Assembly (NCBI GenBank): GCA_963702895.1 | Contig: OY969767.1 | Location: 2,400,001-2,464,000 of the forward strand | Origin: an uncultured Elusimicrobia bacterium | GTDB taxonomy: Bacteria > Elusimicrobiota > Elusimicrobia > 2-01-FULL-59-12 | Length of the DNA: 64,000 nt | Reading direction: 5' to 3' | The notes under the pieces: model-generated | Database searches by the model: none | Told to the model about the DNA's origin: nothing | The model's input: the letters and a program-made list of their open reading frames with translations, nothing else | Part shown: in pieces, positions 17,530 to 28,727 of the stretch | How the letters are laid out: the number at the start of each line of letters is the position of its first letter | Numbering within the stretch: the first letter of the stretch is position 1 | Position numbers and translations under genes: made by a program

Positions 17530-20500
17530 ATGAGTGAGAATCAAAAGGGATTGTCTGTCCGGAATACGTTTTCCTCACAGGGTTGCGGGGCCCTCGAAGG
17601 CCTCCCATGGGAGGAGCGGTCTTCCGTCATTCGCAACCCGGACGGATCGGTCGTCTTTGAGATGACGCGCCTGCGCGTTCCCAAAGGCTGGTCTCAAGTC
17701 GCGACGGATATCCTCGCGCAAAAATATTTTCGCAAGGCAGGCGTTCCCGCCAAGACGAAAAAAGTGCCCGAGACAGGCATCCCGGAGTGGCTGCAAAAAT
17801 CCATCGCCGACACAGAGGCGCTCGGCGCTCTCCCCGAAGAAAAACGCTGGGGCCCGGAAACAGACGCCCAGCAGGTCTTTCACCGCCTCGCTGGTTGCTG
17901 GACCTATTGGGGATGGAAATACGGTTATTTCAAGACCGAATCCGATGCCAAGAACTATTACAACGAAATGCTTTTTATCCTCGCCAGCCAAATGGGCGCG
18001 CCGAATTCGCCGCAATGGTTTAACACCGGTCTCTATTGGGCCTACGGCATCGAAGGCCCCGCGCAGGGGCATTTCTTCGTCGATCCCGGAACCGGGGAGA
18101 TGAAGCAATCGACGAATGCCTACGAGCATCCTCAGCCGCATGCCTGCTTTATTCAATCGGTGACCGATGATCTTGTGAACCCGGGCGGCATCATGGACCT
18201 CTGGGTCCGAGAAGCACGTATCTTTAAGTATGGATCAGGGACAGGCTCCAATTTCTCCAGCATCCGTGGATCCAGTGAACCCTTATCAGGCGGCGGTAAA
18301 TCTTCAGGGCTGATGTCCTTTCTTAAAATTGGCGACCGGGCCGCGGGCGCCATCAAGTCGGGCGGCACCACTCGGCGGGCCGCCAAAATGGTGTCCCTTG
18401 ACCTCGATCACCCGGACATCGAAGACTACATCAACTGGAAGGTCAAAGAAGAGCAAAAGGTGGCGGCTTTGGTCGCTGGGTCCAAGCTCTGCAAAAAGCA
18501 TCTGAACGAAATCATCAAAGCCGTTCACGCCTGGCCGGAAACCTCCGAGAAGCTTGACCGTAAAAAGAACACGCGCCTGGCCGCCGCCATCCGGGCCGCC
18601 AGCGTCTCCATGGTCCCTCTGAATTACGTGGAGCGCGTCCTGGAGCTGGCCGCCCAAGGCGTCATCGAGATTGATTTTGACGAGTACAACACAGACTGGA
18701 CCTCGGAAGCTTACATCACGGTCTCAGGCCAAAACTCGAACAACTCGGTTCGCATCCCGAACGCCTTTATGGAAGCTCTGCTCGCGGATGGCGATTGGCC
18801 GCTCTTCTGGCGCACAGAAAAGGAAAAAGCGGCCAAGGAAAAGCGTGATCCGAAGCCCTACCGGTCCGTCAAGGCAAAAGAACTCTGGGATCAGATCTGC
18901 TACGCCGCATGGGCGTGCGCGGACCCTGGCCTGCAATTTGACACGATCATCAACGACTGGCACACCTGCCCCTCGGACGGCCGTATCAACGCTTCCAACC
19001 CCTGCGTGACAGGAGACACCCTCGTTTCCACCACGCAAGGCTATCGCAAAATCATTGATCTTGTGGGTCAGGAAGTTGAAATTGTGGCAGGCGATGGATC
19101 CTCGAAATGGATCAGCCAGGTTTTTCCCACCGGCCATCAGCCTATCTATGAATTAAAAACCGTCTCGGGCTATACCCTCCGTCTCACGGCGGACCATCGT
19201 GTTCTGACTGCCAACCGAGGGGATGTGCGAGCCTGTGAGCTGAGCCAAGACGATTGCGTGGTGTTAGGTCATGTGGGTTTTGGACCCGAATCGCTCCCCA
19301 GCGCCGTGGCGGAGGTCATTGGTCTGGCCATCGGCGACGGATGCATTAATTCCGATGGCTATCTCATGATCAACATGGACCGCCTTCAGGAACAGAGGGT
19401 TCTGGAGGCCGCCTCGCGCACCATCAACGCTCTCAAACCAAACAAATTTGGAACGGTTCACTCTGGCGGCACGACCGCGCGGGTCGCGACCTGCGCCCCT
19501 GAGATTGTGCAAGTGGCGGACCACTACGCGGTGTTGGACCAGGGATCTGCCAAGAAGCAATTTTCGGACGCCGTTTGGTCTCTCAATAAAACCAGCCAGG
19601 CCGCTCTTCTCCGAGGTTTGTTCACGTCCGACGGAACGGTGGCCCATTATGGGGAGAAGAGCCACTATGTTGCGCTGGACAGCACTTCTCTTCTCCTTCT
19701 CCAGCAAGTTCAACAGCTCCTGCTTGGCTTCGGCATCAAGGCAAAGATTTACGAAAATCGTCGTGTTGCCGGCAATACCGTTTCTCTGCTTCCGGATGGC
19801 AAAGGAGGCATCAAGCCTTACGCGGTTCAACAGATCCATTCCCTAAGAATCTCACGATCCTCTCGCCTCCTCTTTCAAAAGGAGATTGGATTCTTGCCGG
19901 ATTCCCCAAAAACGGAAAAGCTGGCCGAACTGAATCGATCGATCAGCGTGTACGCGGATGTGATGGTCGATGAAGTGGCATCGCTTGTCCCTTGCGGTTC
20001 CGCTGATGTCTTTGATCTGACAGAACCCCAAACGCATCACTTTGTTGCCAATGGACTGGTGGTTCACAACTGCTCGGAGTACATGTTTCTGGACGACACG
20101 GCCTGCAATCTGGCCTCCATCAACCTGATGAAGTTCTACGACACCACCACGGCGCGCCTGGACATTGAAGCCTATCGCCATGCCGTGCGCCTGTGGACGA
20201 TCACCCTGGAAATCTCGGTGACCATGGCCCAATTTCCTTCCTACCCCATCGCGGAAAAATCTTACCTCTATCGGACGCTCGGTCTGGGGTACGCCAACCT
20301 GGGGGCGCTCCTCATGGTTCAAGGGATCCCTTATGACTCCGACCGAGGGCGCGCGATCGCTGCGGCGCTGAGCGCCATCATGCACATGGGCGCCTATGCG
20401 ACGTCGGCCGAAATGGCTTCCGCGATCGGACCGTTCCCGCGCTTCGAGGCCAACCGAGACGCGATGTTGCGCGTGGTTCGGAACCATCGGCGCGCGGCCT

Positions 20501-22302
20501 ACCCGACGAAGCGCGAAGACTACGAAGCCTTGACGGTCACGCCGCAGCACATCCGTCCTGAACACTGTCCGGAAGATCTGCTCAAGGGTGCACGCGAGGA
20601 TGCGGACCGGGCCCTGGTGATGGGCGAACAGTTTGGGTACCGCAACGCACAGGTCACCGTCATTGCTCCGACGGGAACGATCGGCCTTTCCATGGATTGC
20701 GACACGACGGGCATCGAGCCGGATTTCGCCCTGGTGAAATTTAAGAAACTGGCTGGCGGCGGCTATCTCAAGATCATCAATCAGACGGTTCCTCCGGCCC
20801 TGAAGACGCTGGGCTACACCACCCTGCAGGTCGACGATATCGTGCGCTATTGCAAAGGAGCCGGCACCCTCAAGGGCTGTCCCCATATCAACCCGGACGC
20901 ACTCAAGACAAAGGGCTTTACCGATGAGGTGATCGCCAAAGTCGAATCCGCGCTGCCCCAAGCCTTTGAAATCGGCTTCGCGTTTAACCAGTGGACCCTG
21001 GGAGAACCCTTCTGCAAAGAAACACTGAAAATCACGGAGGAGCAACTCCATGACTGGAGGTTCTCGATCCTCAAGCACATGGGTTTTTCGCAAGACGAGA
21101 TTGCCATCGCGAACGAATACGTCTGCGGCACGATGACCCTGGAAGGAGCTCCACACCTCAAAGCCGAGCACATGCCGGTCTTTGACTGCGCCAATCGATG
21201 CGGCGCCAAAGGCAAACGCTATATCGCGCCGCTCGCCCACCTGAAGATGATGGCCGCCGCTCAACCCTTCATCTCGGGCGCCATCTCCAAGACCATCAAC
21301 CTCCCGCACGAAGCGACGCTTCGGGACATCAACGAAGCCTATGTGGAGTCCTGGCAGTTGATGCTCAAGGCGGTCGCGCTCTACCGCGATGGGTCGAAAC
21401 TCTCTCAACCGCTGAACACCACCTCGGATTCCAGCGGCGACTCCACGATCACGATGGCGGACCTCCAGGAAGGGCCGCTCAAGATATCGGAGAAGATTAT
21501 TCACCGCTATATCGCGCGGCGCCGCCGGCTTCCTTATCGACGCTCCGGCTACACCCAAAAAGCCAAGATTGGGGGCCATACCATTTACCTTCGCACGGGG
21601 GAATACGAAGACAATGCCCTCGGCGAAATCTTCATCGACATGCATAAGGAAGGCGCGGCCTTCCGGAGCCTCATGAACTGCTTTTCCATCGCGATCTCAT
21701 TGGGGCTTCAGCACGGTGTGCCGCTCGAAGAATTCGTGGAAGCCTTTGTTTTTACGCGTTTTGAGCCCAACGGGATGGTCCAGGGCAACCCGCAGATTAA
21801 GATGACAACCTCCATCATCGACTACATCTTCCGGGAGCTCGCCATTTCCTATCTCAACCGGCAAGATTTGGCCCAGGTGACCACGGAGGACCTGCGTGCT
21901 TCTTCCGTCGGCGATCCGGGCGTACAACAGCCGGACTTCTCCGAAGAAGAAGTGGTGAGCGAACGCGTGGTGGACCCCAAGGACATGGCCCAGGTCTCGC
22001 CGACGCATGTGCCCAAGTCGACCCACCTCTCGAACGTGCAGCCCACTCCTCCGGGGCAAGGCACACACGCCATACCCATCAAGAACCAGGCGTCGGCGGG
22101 GGCCTCTTCTGCCGCGTCTTCGGCCGTTTCCCCTGCCATTGGATTCCGACCCCAAATGTCCGCCTTGGCAGACAAGGCCCGCGAGGCCAAGCTCAAAGGG
22201 TATGAAGGGGATCCCTGCCGAGAATGCGGCCAATTCACAATGGTCCGCAATGGCACCTGCCTGAAATGCGATACGTGCGGCACAACATCAGGATGTTCTT
22301 AA
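17530..22302 (+). CDS. nrdJ: Vitamin B12-dependent (class II) ribonucleotide reductase with an intein
   Basis: [54 protein letters not shown]-like C-terminus, terminal CxxC..CxxC. Confidence 0.96.
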   Translation: MSENQKGLSVRNTFSSQGCGALEGLPWEERSSVIRNPDGSVVFEMTRLRVPKGWSQVATDILAQKYFRKAGVPAKTKKVPETGIPEWLQKSIADTEALGALPEEKRWGPETDAQQVFHRLAGCWTYWGWKYGYFKTESDAKNYYNEMLFILASQMGAPNSPQWFNTGLYWAYGIEGPAQGHFFVDPGTGEMKQSTNAYEHPQPHACFIQSVTDDLVNPGGIMDLWVREARIFKYGSGTGSNFSSIRGSSEPLSGGGKSSGLMSFLKIGDRAAGAIKSGGTTRRAAKMVSLDLDHPDIEDYINWKVKEEQKVAALVAGSKLCKKHLNEIIKAVHAWPETSEKLDRKKNTRLAAAIRAASVSMVPLNYVERVLELAAQGVIEIDFDEYNTDWTSEAYITVSGQNSNNSVRIPNAFMEALLADGDWPLFWRTEKEKAAKEKRDPKPYRSVKAKELWDQICYAAWACADPGLQFDTIINDWHTCPSDGRINASNPCVTGDTLVSTTQGYRKIIDLVGQEVEIVAGDGSSKWISQVFPTGHQPIYELKTVSGYTLRLTADHRVLTANRGDVRACELSQDDCVVLGHVGFGPESLPSAVAEVIGLAIGDGCINSDGYLMINMDRLQEQRVLEAASRTINALKPNKFGTVHSGGTTARVATCAPEIVQVADHYAVLDQGSAKKQFSDAVWSLNKTSQAALLRGLFTSDGTVAHYGEKSHYVALDSTSLLLLQQVQQLLLGFGIKAKIYENRRVAGNTVSLLPDGKGGIKPYAVQQIHSLRISRSSRLLFQKEIGFLPDSPKTEKLAELNRSISVYADVMVDEVASLVPCGSADVFDLTEPQTHHFVANGLVVHNCSEYMFLDDTACNLASINLMKFYDTTTARLDIEAYRHAVRLWTITLEISVTMAQFPSYPIAEKSYLYRTLGLGYANLGALLMVQGIPYDSDRGRAIAAALSAIMHMGAYATSAEMASAIGPFPRFEANRDAMLRVVRNHRRAAYPTKREDYEALTVTPQHIRPEHCPEDLLKGAREDADRALVMGEQFGYRNAQVTVIAPTGTIGLSMDCDTTGIEPDFALVKFKKLAGGGYLKIINQTVPPALKTLGYTTLQVDDIVRYCKGAGTLKGCPHINPDALKTKGFTDEVIAKVESALPQAFEIGFAFNQWTLGEPFCKETLKITEEQLHDWRFSILKHMGFSQDEIAIANEYVCGTMTLEGAPHLKAEHMPVFDCANRCGAKGKRYIAPLAHLKMMAAAQPFISGAISKTINLPHEATLRDINEAYVESWQLMLKAVALYRDGSKLSQPLNTTSDSSGDSTITMADLQEGPLKISEKIIHRYIARRRRLPYRRSGYTQKAKIGGHTIYLRTGEYEDNALGEIFIDMHKEGAAFRSLMNCFSIAISLGLQHGVPLEEFVEAFVFTRFEPNGMVQGNPQIKMTTSIIDYIFRELAISYLNRQDLAQVTTEDLRASSVGDPGVQQPDFSEEEVVSERVVDPKDMAQVSPTHVPKSTHLSNVQPTPPGQGTHAIPIKNQASAGASSAASSAVSPAIGFRPQMSALADKAREAKLKGYEGDPCRECGQFTMVRNGTCLKCDTCGTTSGCS
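19003..20070 (+). mobile_element. 356-aa intein with LAGLIDADG homing endonuclease in NrdJ
   Basis: CVTGDTLV...TADHRV...[13 protein letters not shown]; endonuclease motifs IGLAIGDG and LRGLFTSDG. Confidence 0.95.
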
Positions 22303-22303
22303 G

Positions 22304-22627
22304 GTGTGCCGCACGCGGCACGACATGCGGTGTCCCAATGCCCCGCCGGAGCCCCTTTTTGTGAATCGATTTCTTAGGCCTCTTGGTGCTCACCGAAGAA
22401 GTTCCGTTGTTCTGGCCATCGCTGGCGTAACATTCTGTCTCGGGTGCCAGCGAAGGACCCCCGACTCTGTGGCACAGGCTCCCCAGGAACCACAGGTCCA
22501 GAACGCTTTCACCGATTACGTCGACCGTGGCGTCCATACGATGGAGAAAGCCGAGAAAGCAGCGGAGACTGCCAACGCTCGCAACGCCGAGTTGCAGCGT
22601 CAGAGTGAGTCTATCCAGGAGCCCTAA
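22304..22627 (+). CDS. Hypothetical lipoprotein
   Basis: Hydrophobic stretch ending in LGC; stop overlaps the next ATG (TAATG); true start uncertain. Confidence 0.6.
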   Translation: MCRTRHDMRCPNAPPEPLFVNRFLRPLGAHRRSSVVLAIAGVTFCLGCQRRTPDSVAQAPQEPQVQNAFTDYVDRGVHTMEKAEKAAETANARNAELQRQSESIQEP

Positions 22628-22995
22628 TGGCACGGATCCTGATCATTGATGATGATGTCGACGTGATTGAAATCATCCGGTACACCATCGCCCAGGAAGG
22701 GCATGAACTTTTCGAGGCAAAAAATGGAAAAGAGGGCCTCGATATGTCCATACGAGAGCGCCCTGATATCATTGTGCTCGACATCATGATGCCCGTCATG
22801 GACGGGTTGACCTTGAACTCTCACCTGAGCGCTTTGCCCGCCACCAAAGACATCCCTGTCATTGTGCTCACAGCGAAAGGACGCATGAAAGATACGTTTG
22901 ACAAAGCTCCGAATGTCCGGTGCTATATGGAAAAGCCGTTCGAGCCTGTCGTGCTGCAGGAGAAGATCCGGGAGATTCTGTCCAAGAAACAATAG
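22627..22995 (+). CDS. Single-domain response regulator
   Basis: ILIIDDD, VLDIMMPVMDG, LTA, KPF. Confidence 0.93.
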   Translation: MARILIIDDDVDVIEIIRYTIAQEGHELFEAKNGKEGLDMSIRERPDIIVLDIMMPVMDGLTLNSHLSALPATKDIPVIVLTAKGRMKDTFDKAPNVRCYMEKPFEPVVLQEKIREILSKKQ

Positions 22996-23091
22996 CCAAG
23001 ATTTCGGAGTCCTCTCACCCCCGGTCGTAGGGACCCGCCTCCGACGAAATAAGCCTTGCACATTCGTGAGGCCTGCTTAGACTTACCCTAA

Positions 23092-23360
23092 GTACTGACT
23101 TTCATAGGAGCGCAGCGGGTTTGCGGGAACGATTTTGATGGCGAGACAAGGAACGAGGAGCGAGCATACCTGGAAGGTATGTAAGCGACGAGAGACGCGG
23201 TCGCAGCCCAAAAGCGTCCCGCCCTGCGGGGACGCCGATCTCGGGCGGATGCGTTGTTGCTTCTCACTCACAGACCGCTTCGGGTATGCTCGTTCGTCGC
23301 GCCTAGCCTCCGCCACGAGCTCGGCGTCCAAACCCGCTGCGATCCTATGAAAGGCAGTAC
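23092..23360. mobile_element. 269-bp MITE with ~32-bp terminal inverted repeats and TAA (or CTAAG) duplication
   Basis: gtactgactttcataggagcgcagcgggtttg ... caaacccgctgcgatcctatgaaaggcagtac (2 mismatches); TAA on both flanks. Confidence 0.8.
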
Positions 23361-23366
23361 TAAGCT

Positions 23367-25577
23367 ATGATGAGCGCTTCTCACTCTCGGGCGGTCCGCC
23401 TTGCCTTTGGTGTGACCGTTGGAGTCCTTGCCTCCATGAGCGCGGCGGCTTCCTGGAGCGCCTACGCGCTCTTCGGGTCCTTCCGGCAAGTGACGCAAGC
23501 CCAACAGGCCCTCGCCAGATTCCATCATATCGAAGCCCTCATGGAATCAGCGTTTTCTGGCGTGAGCGGCTATGCCCTCTCCGGGGAAGTGGACCGGCTG
23601 AACGCGTTTCACTACGCGAAAATAATTATTCCGCGCGAACTCGATGAGATGGTACGGCTTTCCCCCGTCCGTCGGGAAGACCTGTGGATCTCACTCCAGA
23701 ACCAGCTCAACACGCGCCTGGCGCTCATGGCGCGTGCGATCCGACTGAAAGACACGCGAGGGCAGGCGGCCAGCGCGCAGCTGTTAATCTCAGAATCCGG
23801 TTCCTCCCGGGATCAAAGGGAGCGCCTTCTCTCGGAATGCCAGCAGGCCTATCTGCAGCAGATCCAGACAAAGCACGAGGCTTTGAACAGAAGTGCCGCG
23901 CAGACCCAGGGATGGTTGGCGCTCGCGACACTCGTCAGTTTCGCTCTGGTCGGATGGACCTCCTTTCTTCTTCGTAAAGAGACTTGGCAAAGGGCACAAG
24001 CGGAAACGATCAAAGACCAGACAGAAGCGATGCTGCAATCCGTCATTGAGCGAATTCCTTACATGATTTCCGTCAAAGAGGGCCAGCACCTTCGCGTGAC
24101 CCTGGTCAATCGTGCCGCCACGGAATGGATGGGCATGCCCGCTCAAAACATCCTTGGATCTCTGGAGAGTGATCTCCGAGACCCGGAAGAAGCCGCGGCG
24201 TCCATGCAAGCGGATCGAACGGCCCTGGGGGAGGCAAGGACTCTGGAGCTCCATGAGCGCTTGTCGCGCCCAGGCCGAGAGGCGCTCCTGCTCTTCACCC
24301 AAAAGATCCCGCTCGTCGATGCCAAGGGGCGGCCCACGCATGTTCTGAGCATTTCAGAAAATATCACCCAGCGCAAACAGGCGGAACAGATGCTGGAGCT
24401 CTCCCGGGACGCCGCCGTCGAGGCGGCGCGCCTCAGGTCCGAATTCATCCGGAACATGAGCCACGAATTTCGAACACCCTTAAGCATCGTGATGGGCATG
24501 ACTTCCCTGCTGATGGACACCTCTCTGACGGACGAGCAGCGCTCCTTTGCACAGAGGATCCGGCGCTCCGCAGAAGGGCTTTCGGGGCTCACGAAGAACA
24601 TCCTCGACTTCTCAAAAATCGAAAACGGCTCTTTCACCCTCGAGAACCGTGAGATGAATGTCCTTGAGATTGCTGAAGACGTCCGTGCCATGCTGGCGGA
24701 GCAAGCCAGGGTGAAGGGTCTAGCGCTCGTGACGCTGGCTTCCCCCGCTGTTCCTCCGATCGTCCGGGGCGATGCGACGAGACTTCGCCAAGTCCTGACG
24801 CAGCTCGTGGCCAACGCCGTCAAGTTCACGGACCGAGGGCAGATCAGCATACGCTTGAGCGTCGAGAAACAAACCGATTCCCAGCTCTGGTTGCGCTATC
24901 AGGTGACCGATACCGGCATCGGGATATCGGACGATGTACAAAAATATCTTTTTGAACCCTTCCGGCAAGGCGATGGGTCATGGACCAGACGCTATGGCGG
25001 CACGGGTCTGGGCCTGGCCATGGCTAAGCGGATGGTCCAGCTCATGGGGGGACAGATGGGCTTCGAAAGCGCACTCGGCATGGGGTCCACGTTCTGGTTC
25101 ACACTGCCGGTCCACAAGCGGCACGTCCAAGGCCCGGTCGTCCAGATTTCATCCCTTCCCTGGACTCGCGCGCGCGTGATGATCGTCAGCGAAAATGAAG
25201 TGGTGCGTAAGATGATTCAGCAGCAGCTCCACGATTGTGCGGTCGCCTGCGAAATGGTTTCGAGCGGTCAAGCGGCGATGGAAATTCTTCGGCGCGAACA
25301 GAAAGCCGGCAAGAGTTTCCCTATCGTCCTTCTGGGCATGCATTTAACAGACATGGATGCCGTTCATTTCGCCAAGCTGCTTAAACAGGACCATGACTTA
25401 AAAGCGACCAAGCTGGCCTTGCTCATGCCTGAAACGGATGTGCTGGATAGCTTGACCGCCACGACGCTTGGGTTCGTCGGGGGGGTCCGTCTTCCGTGCC
25501 AGGCCCAGGAACTCTATGACCGCCTGGCCGGCTGGATCGACGCCGCCGAAATGAAGCATCCGCAAAGGGCCGCCTAA
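23367..25577 (+). CDS. Hybrid sensor histidine kinase (CHASE3-like, PAS, HisKA, HATPase, degenerate receiver)
   Basis: NMSHEFRTPL, NAVKFT, DTGIG, GGTGLGL, GSTFWF. Confidence 0.92.
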   Translation: MMSASHSRAVRLAFGVTVGVLASMSAAASWSAYALFGSFRQVTQAQQALARFHHIEALMESAFSGVSGYALSGEVDRLNAFHYAKIIIPRELDEMVRLSPVRREDLWISLQNQLNTRLALMARAIRLKDTRGQAASAQLLISESGSSRDQRERLLSECQQAYLQQIQTKHEALNRSAAQTQGWLALATLVSFALVGWTSFLLRKETWQRAQAETIKDQTEAMLQSVIERIPYMISVKEGQHLRVTLVNRAATEWMGMPAQNILGSLESDLRDPEEAAASMQADRTALGEARTLELHERLSRPGREALLLFTQKIPLVDAKGRPTHVLSISENITQRKQAEQMLELSRDAAVEAARLRSEFIRNMSHEFRTPLSIVMGMTSLLMDTSLTDEQRSFAQRIRRSAEGLSGLTKNILDFSKIENGSFTLENREMNVLEIAEDVRAMLAEQARVKGLALVTLASPAVPPIVRGDATRLRQVLTQLVANAVKFTDRGQISIRLSVEKQTDSQLWLRYQVTDTGIGISDDVQKYLFEPFRQGDGSWTRRYGGTGLGLAMAKRMVQLMGGQMGFESALGMGSTFWFTLPVHKRHVQGPVVQISSLPWTRARVMIVSENEVVRKMIQQQLHDCAVACEMVSSGQAAMEILRREQKAGKSFPIVLLGMHLTDMDAVHFAKLLKQDHDLKATKLALLMPETDVLDSLTATTLGFVGGVRLPCQAQELYDRLAGWIDAAEMKHPQRAA

Positions 25578-25601
25578 AAGCCGGCGAAGGGAGGTAGGAC
25601 C

Positions 25602-25907
25602 ATGGAGCCAAGAGAAATGAGACGTTCACCAAGAGCCAAACACGATTCCGTGGTGGAGATTTTCGACGCGGAGGGACATCTCATTATCGGCATTGGACGA
25701 ATGATCAATTTTTCCAACGTCGGCATTTGCTTTTCGAGCACCCAAGTTCTTAAAAAGGGTCAGAGATTGCATGCTCGCATTCGTCTTTTAAGGGAGGGAG
25801 CGCTGGAGACATCGGCCCATATCGTTTGGGTGAAAAAGCGCCCTGCGTTTATGCTCTATGGAATCGCTTTTGATACCATACAAAAGATCCAGACCTCGGT
25901 GATTTGA
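25602..25907 (+). CDS. PilZ-domain protein
   Basis: RRSPR and NFSNVG c-di-GMP motifs; GGAGG RBS. Confidence 0.85.
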   Translation: MEPREMRRSPRAKHDSVVEIFDAEGHLIIGIGRMINFSNVGICFSSTQVLKKGQRLHARIRLLREGALETSAHIVWVKKRPAFMLYGIAFDTIQKIQTSVI

Positions 25908-26117
25908 CTGCTCCCTGGACACTTGAAGGGGTCTGGCATCGCAGCGCAAAGACGAATATAATCGGCCGCGATGAAAGCCATCCAAGCCGGTGTTATTGAA
26001 CCTAATCGAGGATCCCATACCAAAAGCGACGAAGAATGGCTGCACAGCAGCTCCTCGTCTATCCATTCTTAGGCGAGCGATCATGCCTCCCTCGCCAGGG
26101 AACACCTGGAGAGTTTC

Positions 26118-27200
26118 GTGATCTTCAGCTCTCATGGCCTACGGAAGGCCTTCTTCGCCCTCCCTTTGATCGTCTTGAGCTCCCTCGATGCGTCCGATTC
26201 CTCCGGCAAGCGTCTTTGTGAAAAAGATTTTTCCTCCTATAAGAATCAACTCGCGAAGAACCCCTCCGATGATCTGACGTGGACAGAATTCAGGGTCTGC
26301 GCATCGGAACTTAAGAAGTGGGATGAAGCCATTCAGGTCGCGCTCCAGGCCAGACAGAAAAACAAAAACCTGCCCCAGCCTTATCTCATCCTCGGACTCG
26401 CCCAAATGCACCAGAAGAATTTTGAGAGAGCCATTGAGCATTTCGACCAAAGCATTGCCCTCAACTCCATGCAGCCCCTCGCCTACTTTCAAATGGGGAT
26501 GGCCTACCTTTTTCTCAATGAGCCGACCAAGGCGGCCCAAGCAGCAGAGCGAGCCATTGAACTCGACCCCACGAACTCCGCCTACCACAGGCAGCTGGCT
26601 TACACACGGCTCTTGCTGGACGATCTGTCGGGAGCAGAATTGTCGGCCAAGCGAGCCATCCAGTTGGACAAGGAGGACCTCGCGGCCCACAAGATCTTGG
26701 CGAAGATTTATACCAAGGCCGGCAACACCACAGGCGCGGCCTCTGAGCTCGCTTGGATCAAGTCGGCGGAGAGCGCCGCGGGGATTTCCCCGTCGGCACT
26801 TCCCACCCAAACAGAACCCTCTTCCATGAAAGCCAAGGATGACGGCGAGGACGAGGAGGAAAAGACAGGCAAACAAGAGGATTATCAGGTGATTGGGCAA
26901 TGCATCGGGCAGTGGACCCGGATGAAGAGCGCCGTTCTCCGTGGAAATTTGAACGAGTCACTGACCTATTATTCTGATTATCTCGATACGCGGGACCAAT
27001 ACCGCTCCTCTTTTGAGGCCATGGGGATGGAACGACTCAAGTCCATTTTCGGAAATTTCGGGGATCTTTACGATTGCGAAGTGGTGTTTGCCTCAGCCCA
27101 TTGCAAGGCGATGGTCCATGGTCCATCGGGCGCCGTCGTCGTCACAAAGATTCGATTTGAGAAAAATCCCGATAAAGTTTGGAGAATTCGATCTTTTTAA
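26118..27200 (+). CDS. Exported TPR-repeat protein
   Basis: Signal peptide, several TPR helix pairs, small C-terminal domain. Confidence 0.8.
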   Translation: MIFSSHGLRKAFFALPLIVLSSLDASDSSGKRLCEKDFSSYKNQLAKNPSDDLTWTEFRVCASELKKWDEAIQVALQARQKNKNLPQPYLILGLAQMHQKNFERAIEHFDQSIALNSMQPLAYFQMGMAYLFLNEPTKAAQAAERAIELDPTNSAYHRQLAYTRLLLDDLSGAELSAKRAIQLDKEDLAAHKILAKIYTKAGNTTGAASELAWIKSAESAAGISPSALPTQTEPSSMKAKDDGEDEEEKTGKQEDYQVIGQCIGQWTRMKSAVLRGNLNESLTYYSDYLDTRDQYRSSFEAMGMERLKSIFGNFGDLYDCEVVFASAHCKAMVHGPSGAVVVTKIRFEKNPDKVWRIRSF

Positions 27201-27483
27201 AGCCGCGTCGGTCGTGCCGATACCGCGCGGCTCACCCCGTATCTGATTAACCGGGAAACTGCAGTTGCCGTCACCCCGGCGGCCGCCAGCCGGGGTCTAT
27301 CAGACGTACAAAACCTGATGGATCCCCTGCTTACTACCGCAGGGGATGACGGCACTAAAAAGTGCACTGGGTTCAGACGGAGAGAATTGGCCAACTGCAG
27401 CGTAATATGAAAGCGGGCCTCAAGAGAGTTATAAACAAGGCTGTCGGTAAAGACACCTTAATAACCCCAGGAGGCCCAAAATC

Positions 27484-28527
27484 ATGATATCCATCGGCAT
27501 TGATCATCACAAGAAGTATTGTCAGGTTGTGGCTATGAGGGAGTCTGGCGAGATTGTATGGGAAGGTCAAGTCCCCACACGGCGAGAAGGTCTTGCACAA
27601 GTTAAAGAGGCGATTCCTCCAGGAGAACCGGTGCAAAGTGTATTGGAATCTGGACGGAGCTGGGGCATTGCCTATGACATTCTGGAAGATCTCGGGATGA
27701 ATCCGGTGTTGGCCAATCCTTATAGATCACGATTGATCGCCGACTCGTTTATCAAAACAGACAAAATCGATGCAACGGCACATGCCCTGCTGCTACGTTT
27801 GGGGGTGACCCCAACAATCCACGTGCCGAGTCGAGATCGGCGGGAACAGAAAGCGCTATTGCGGCACCGACTATGGCTAGTGAAGGGACAAACGGTGATC
27901 AAGAATCGAGTTCATGATTTACTCGACCGACTTCATGTTGACGTTCCCGAACGAAGCGACTTGTTTGGAGCGCATGGCCGGGCGTGGCTGAAGGCTTTGG
28001 AGCTTCCGGAGATGCACCAGCATTTATTGAGATCCCACATGGCATTGCTCGATGAGATTCGCGTCCAAATTCGAGCGACAGAAGAATGGATTGATCGGGT
28101 TTTAAGGGATCACCCTTTGCGCGAGCTTGTCGATTCATTTCCTGGGGTCGGCAAGATCTTAAGTGCTCTGATGGCCTTGGAAATTGACACCATTGAACGG
28201 TTTCCGACGGCTGCGCGGTTTGCATCGTACTGTGGCGTGGTGTGTAGTACCTACAGTTCAGGGGGTAAGACGTATCACGGAGGATTGATCCCGTCTTGTA
28301 ACCGCTATTTACGCTACGCATTAATCGAGGCCTGTTGGACGGCTGTATCTGTATCACCGTACTTTAAAGCCTTTTATCAGCAACGAAGAATTCGAAAGCT
28401 GTCATCGGTCGCTATTGTGGCAGTGGCCAGAAAGATGGCAGAGATCATGTGGGTATGCCTGAAGAACAAGAGGAAGTATAAGGAAAAGATGTATCGATTT
28501 GGTCGAGTCGCCTTGGCGAAATCTTAA
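27484..28527 (+). CDS. IS110-family recombinase/transposase
   Basis: DEDD motifs GIDHHK, VLES, KTDKIDA; PGVG; YCGV..YSSGG catalytic-Ser region; AVARK. Confidence 0.96.
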   Translation: MISIGIDHHKKYCQVVAMRESGEIVWEGQVPTRREGLAQVKEAIPPGEPVQSVLESGRSWGIAYDILEDLGMNPVLANPYRSRLIADSFIKTDKIDATAHALLLRLGVTPTIHVPSRDRREQKALLRHRLWLVKGQTVIKNRVHDLLDRLHVDVPERSDLFGAHGRAWLKALELPEMHQHLLRSHMALLDEIRVQIRATEEWIDRVLRDHPLRELVDSFPGVGKILSALMALEIDTIERFPTAARFASYCGVVCSTYSSGGKTYHGGLIPSCNRYLRYALIEACWTAVSVSPYFKAFYQQRRIRKLSSVAIVAVARKMAEIMWVCLKNKRKYKEKMYRFGRVALAKS

Positions 28528-28727
28528 CGGAAGCCGCGTTTAACTGCAGCGTAAGGGACCCGGCCTCGAACCATTACAGTGTCCAGACGTCGTGGACGAA
28601 GAAAAGTGTGAGTACAGCTTAAGCATCAAGACGAGGCGACGGTAAGAAAAACGCTCAAATAGCTAGTCGCACCACGGCCTACTTCAAAGGCAAGGAGAGA
28701 CCTTTTGTCATTAAAGAATTTACTTGC
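28528..28727 (+). ncRNA. Candidate bridge/seek RNA region of the IS1111-type element
   Basis: Position typical of IS1111; contains aactgcag (left target+core), agaaaag (left donor+core) and acgct (reverse complement of core+right donor). Confidence 0.6.

Noticed and set aside
19852..21645. 597-aa minus-strand ORF
   Set aside because: Antisense shadow of GC-rich nrdJ. The same applies to long antisense ORFs over nadK, the aminopeptidase, dsbD and gltX.
23083..23350. Small ORFs between the regulator and the kinase
   Set aside because: They coincide with the MITE and have no protein-like features.
27393..28554. 13-bp direct repeat aactgcagcgtaa as a target-site duplication bounding the IS
   Set aside because: The second copy lies inside the element, upstream of the right sub-terminal IR. 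IS110 elements do not make long duplications, so it is better read as part of the guide RNA. The extra cgtaa match is unexplained.
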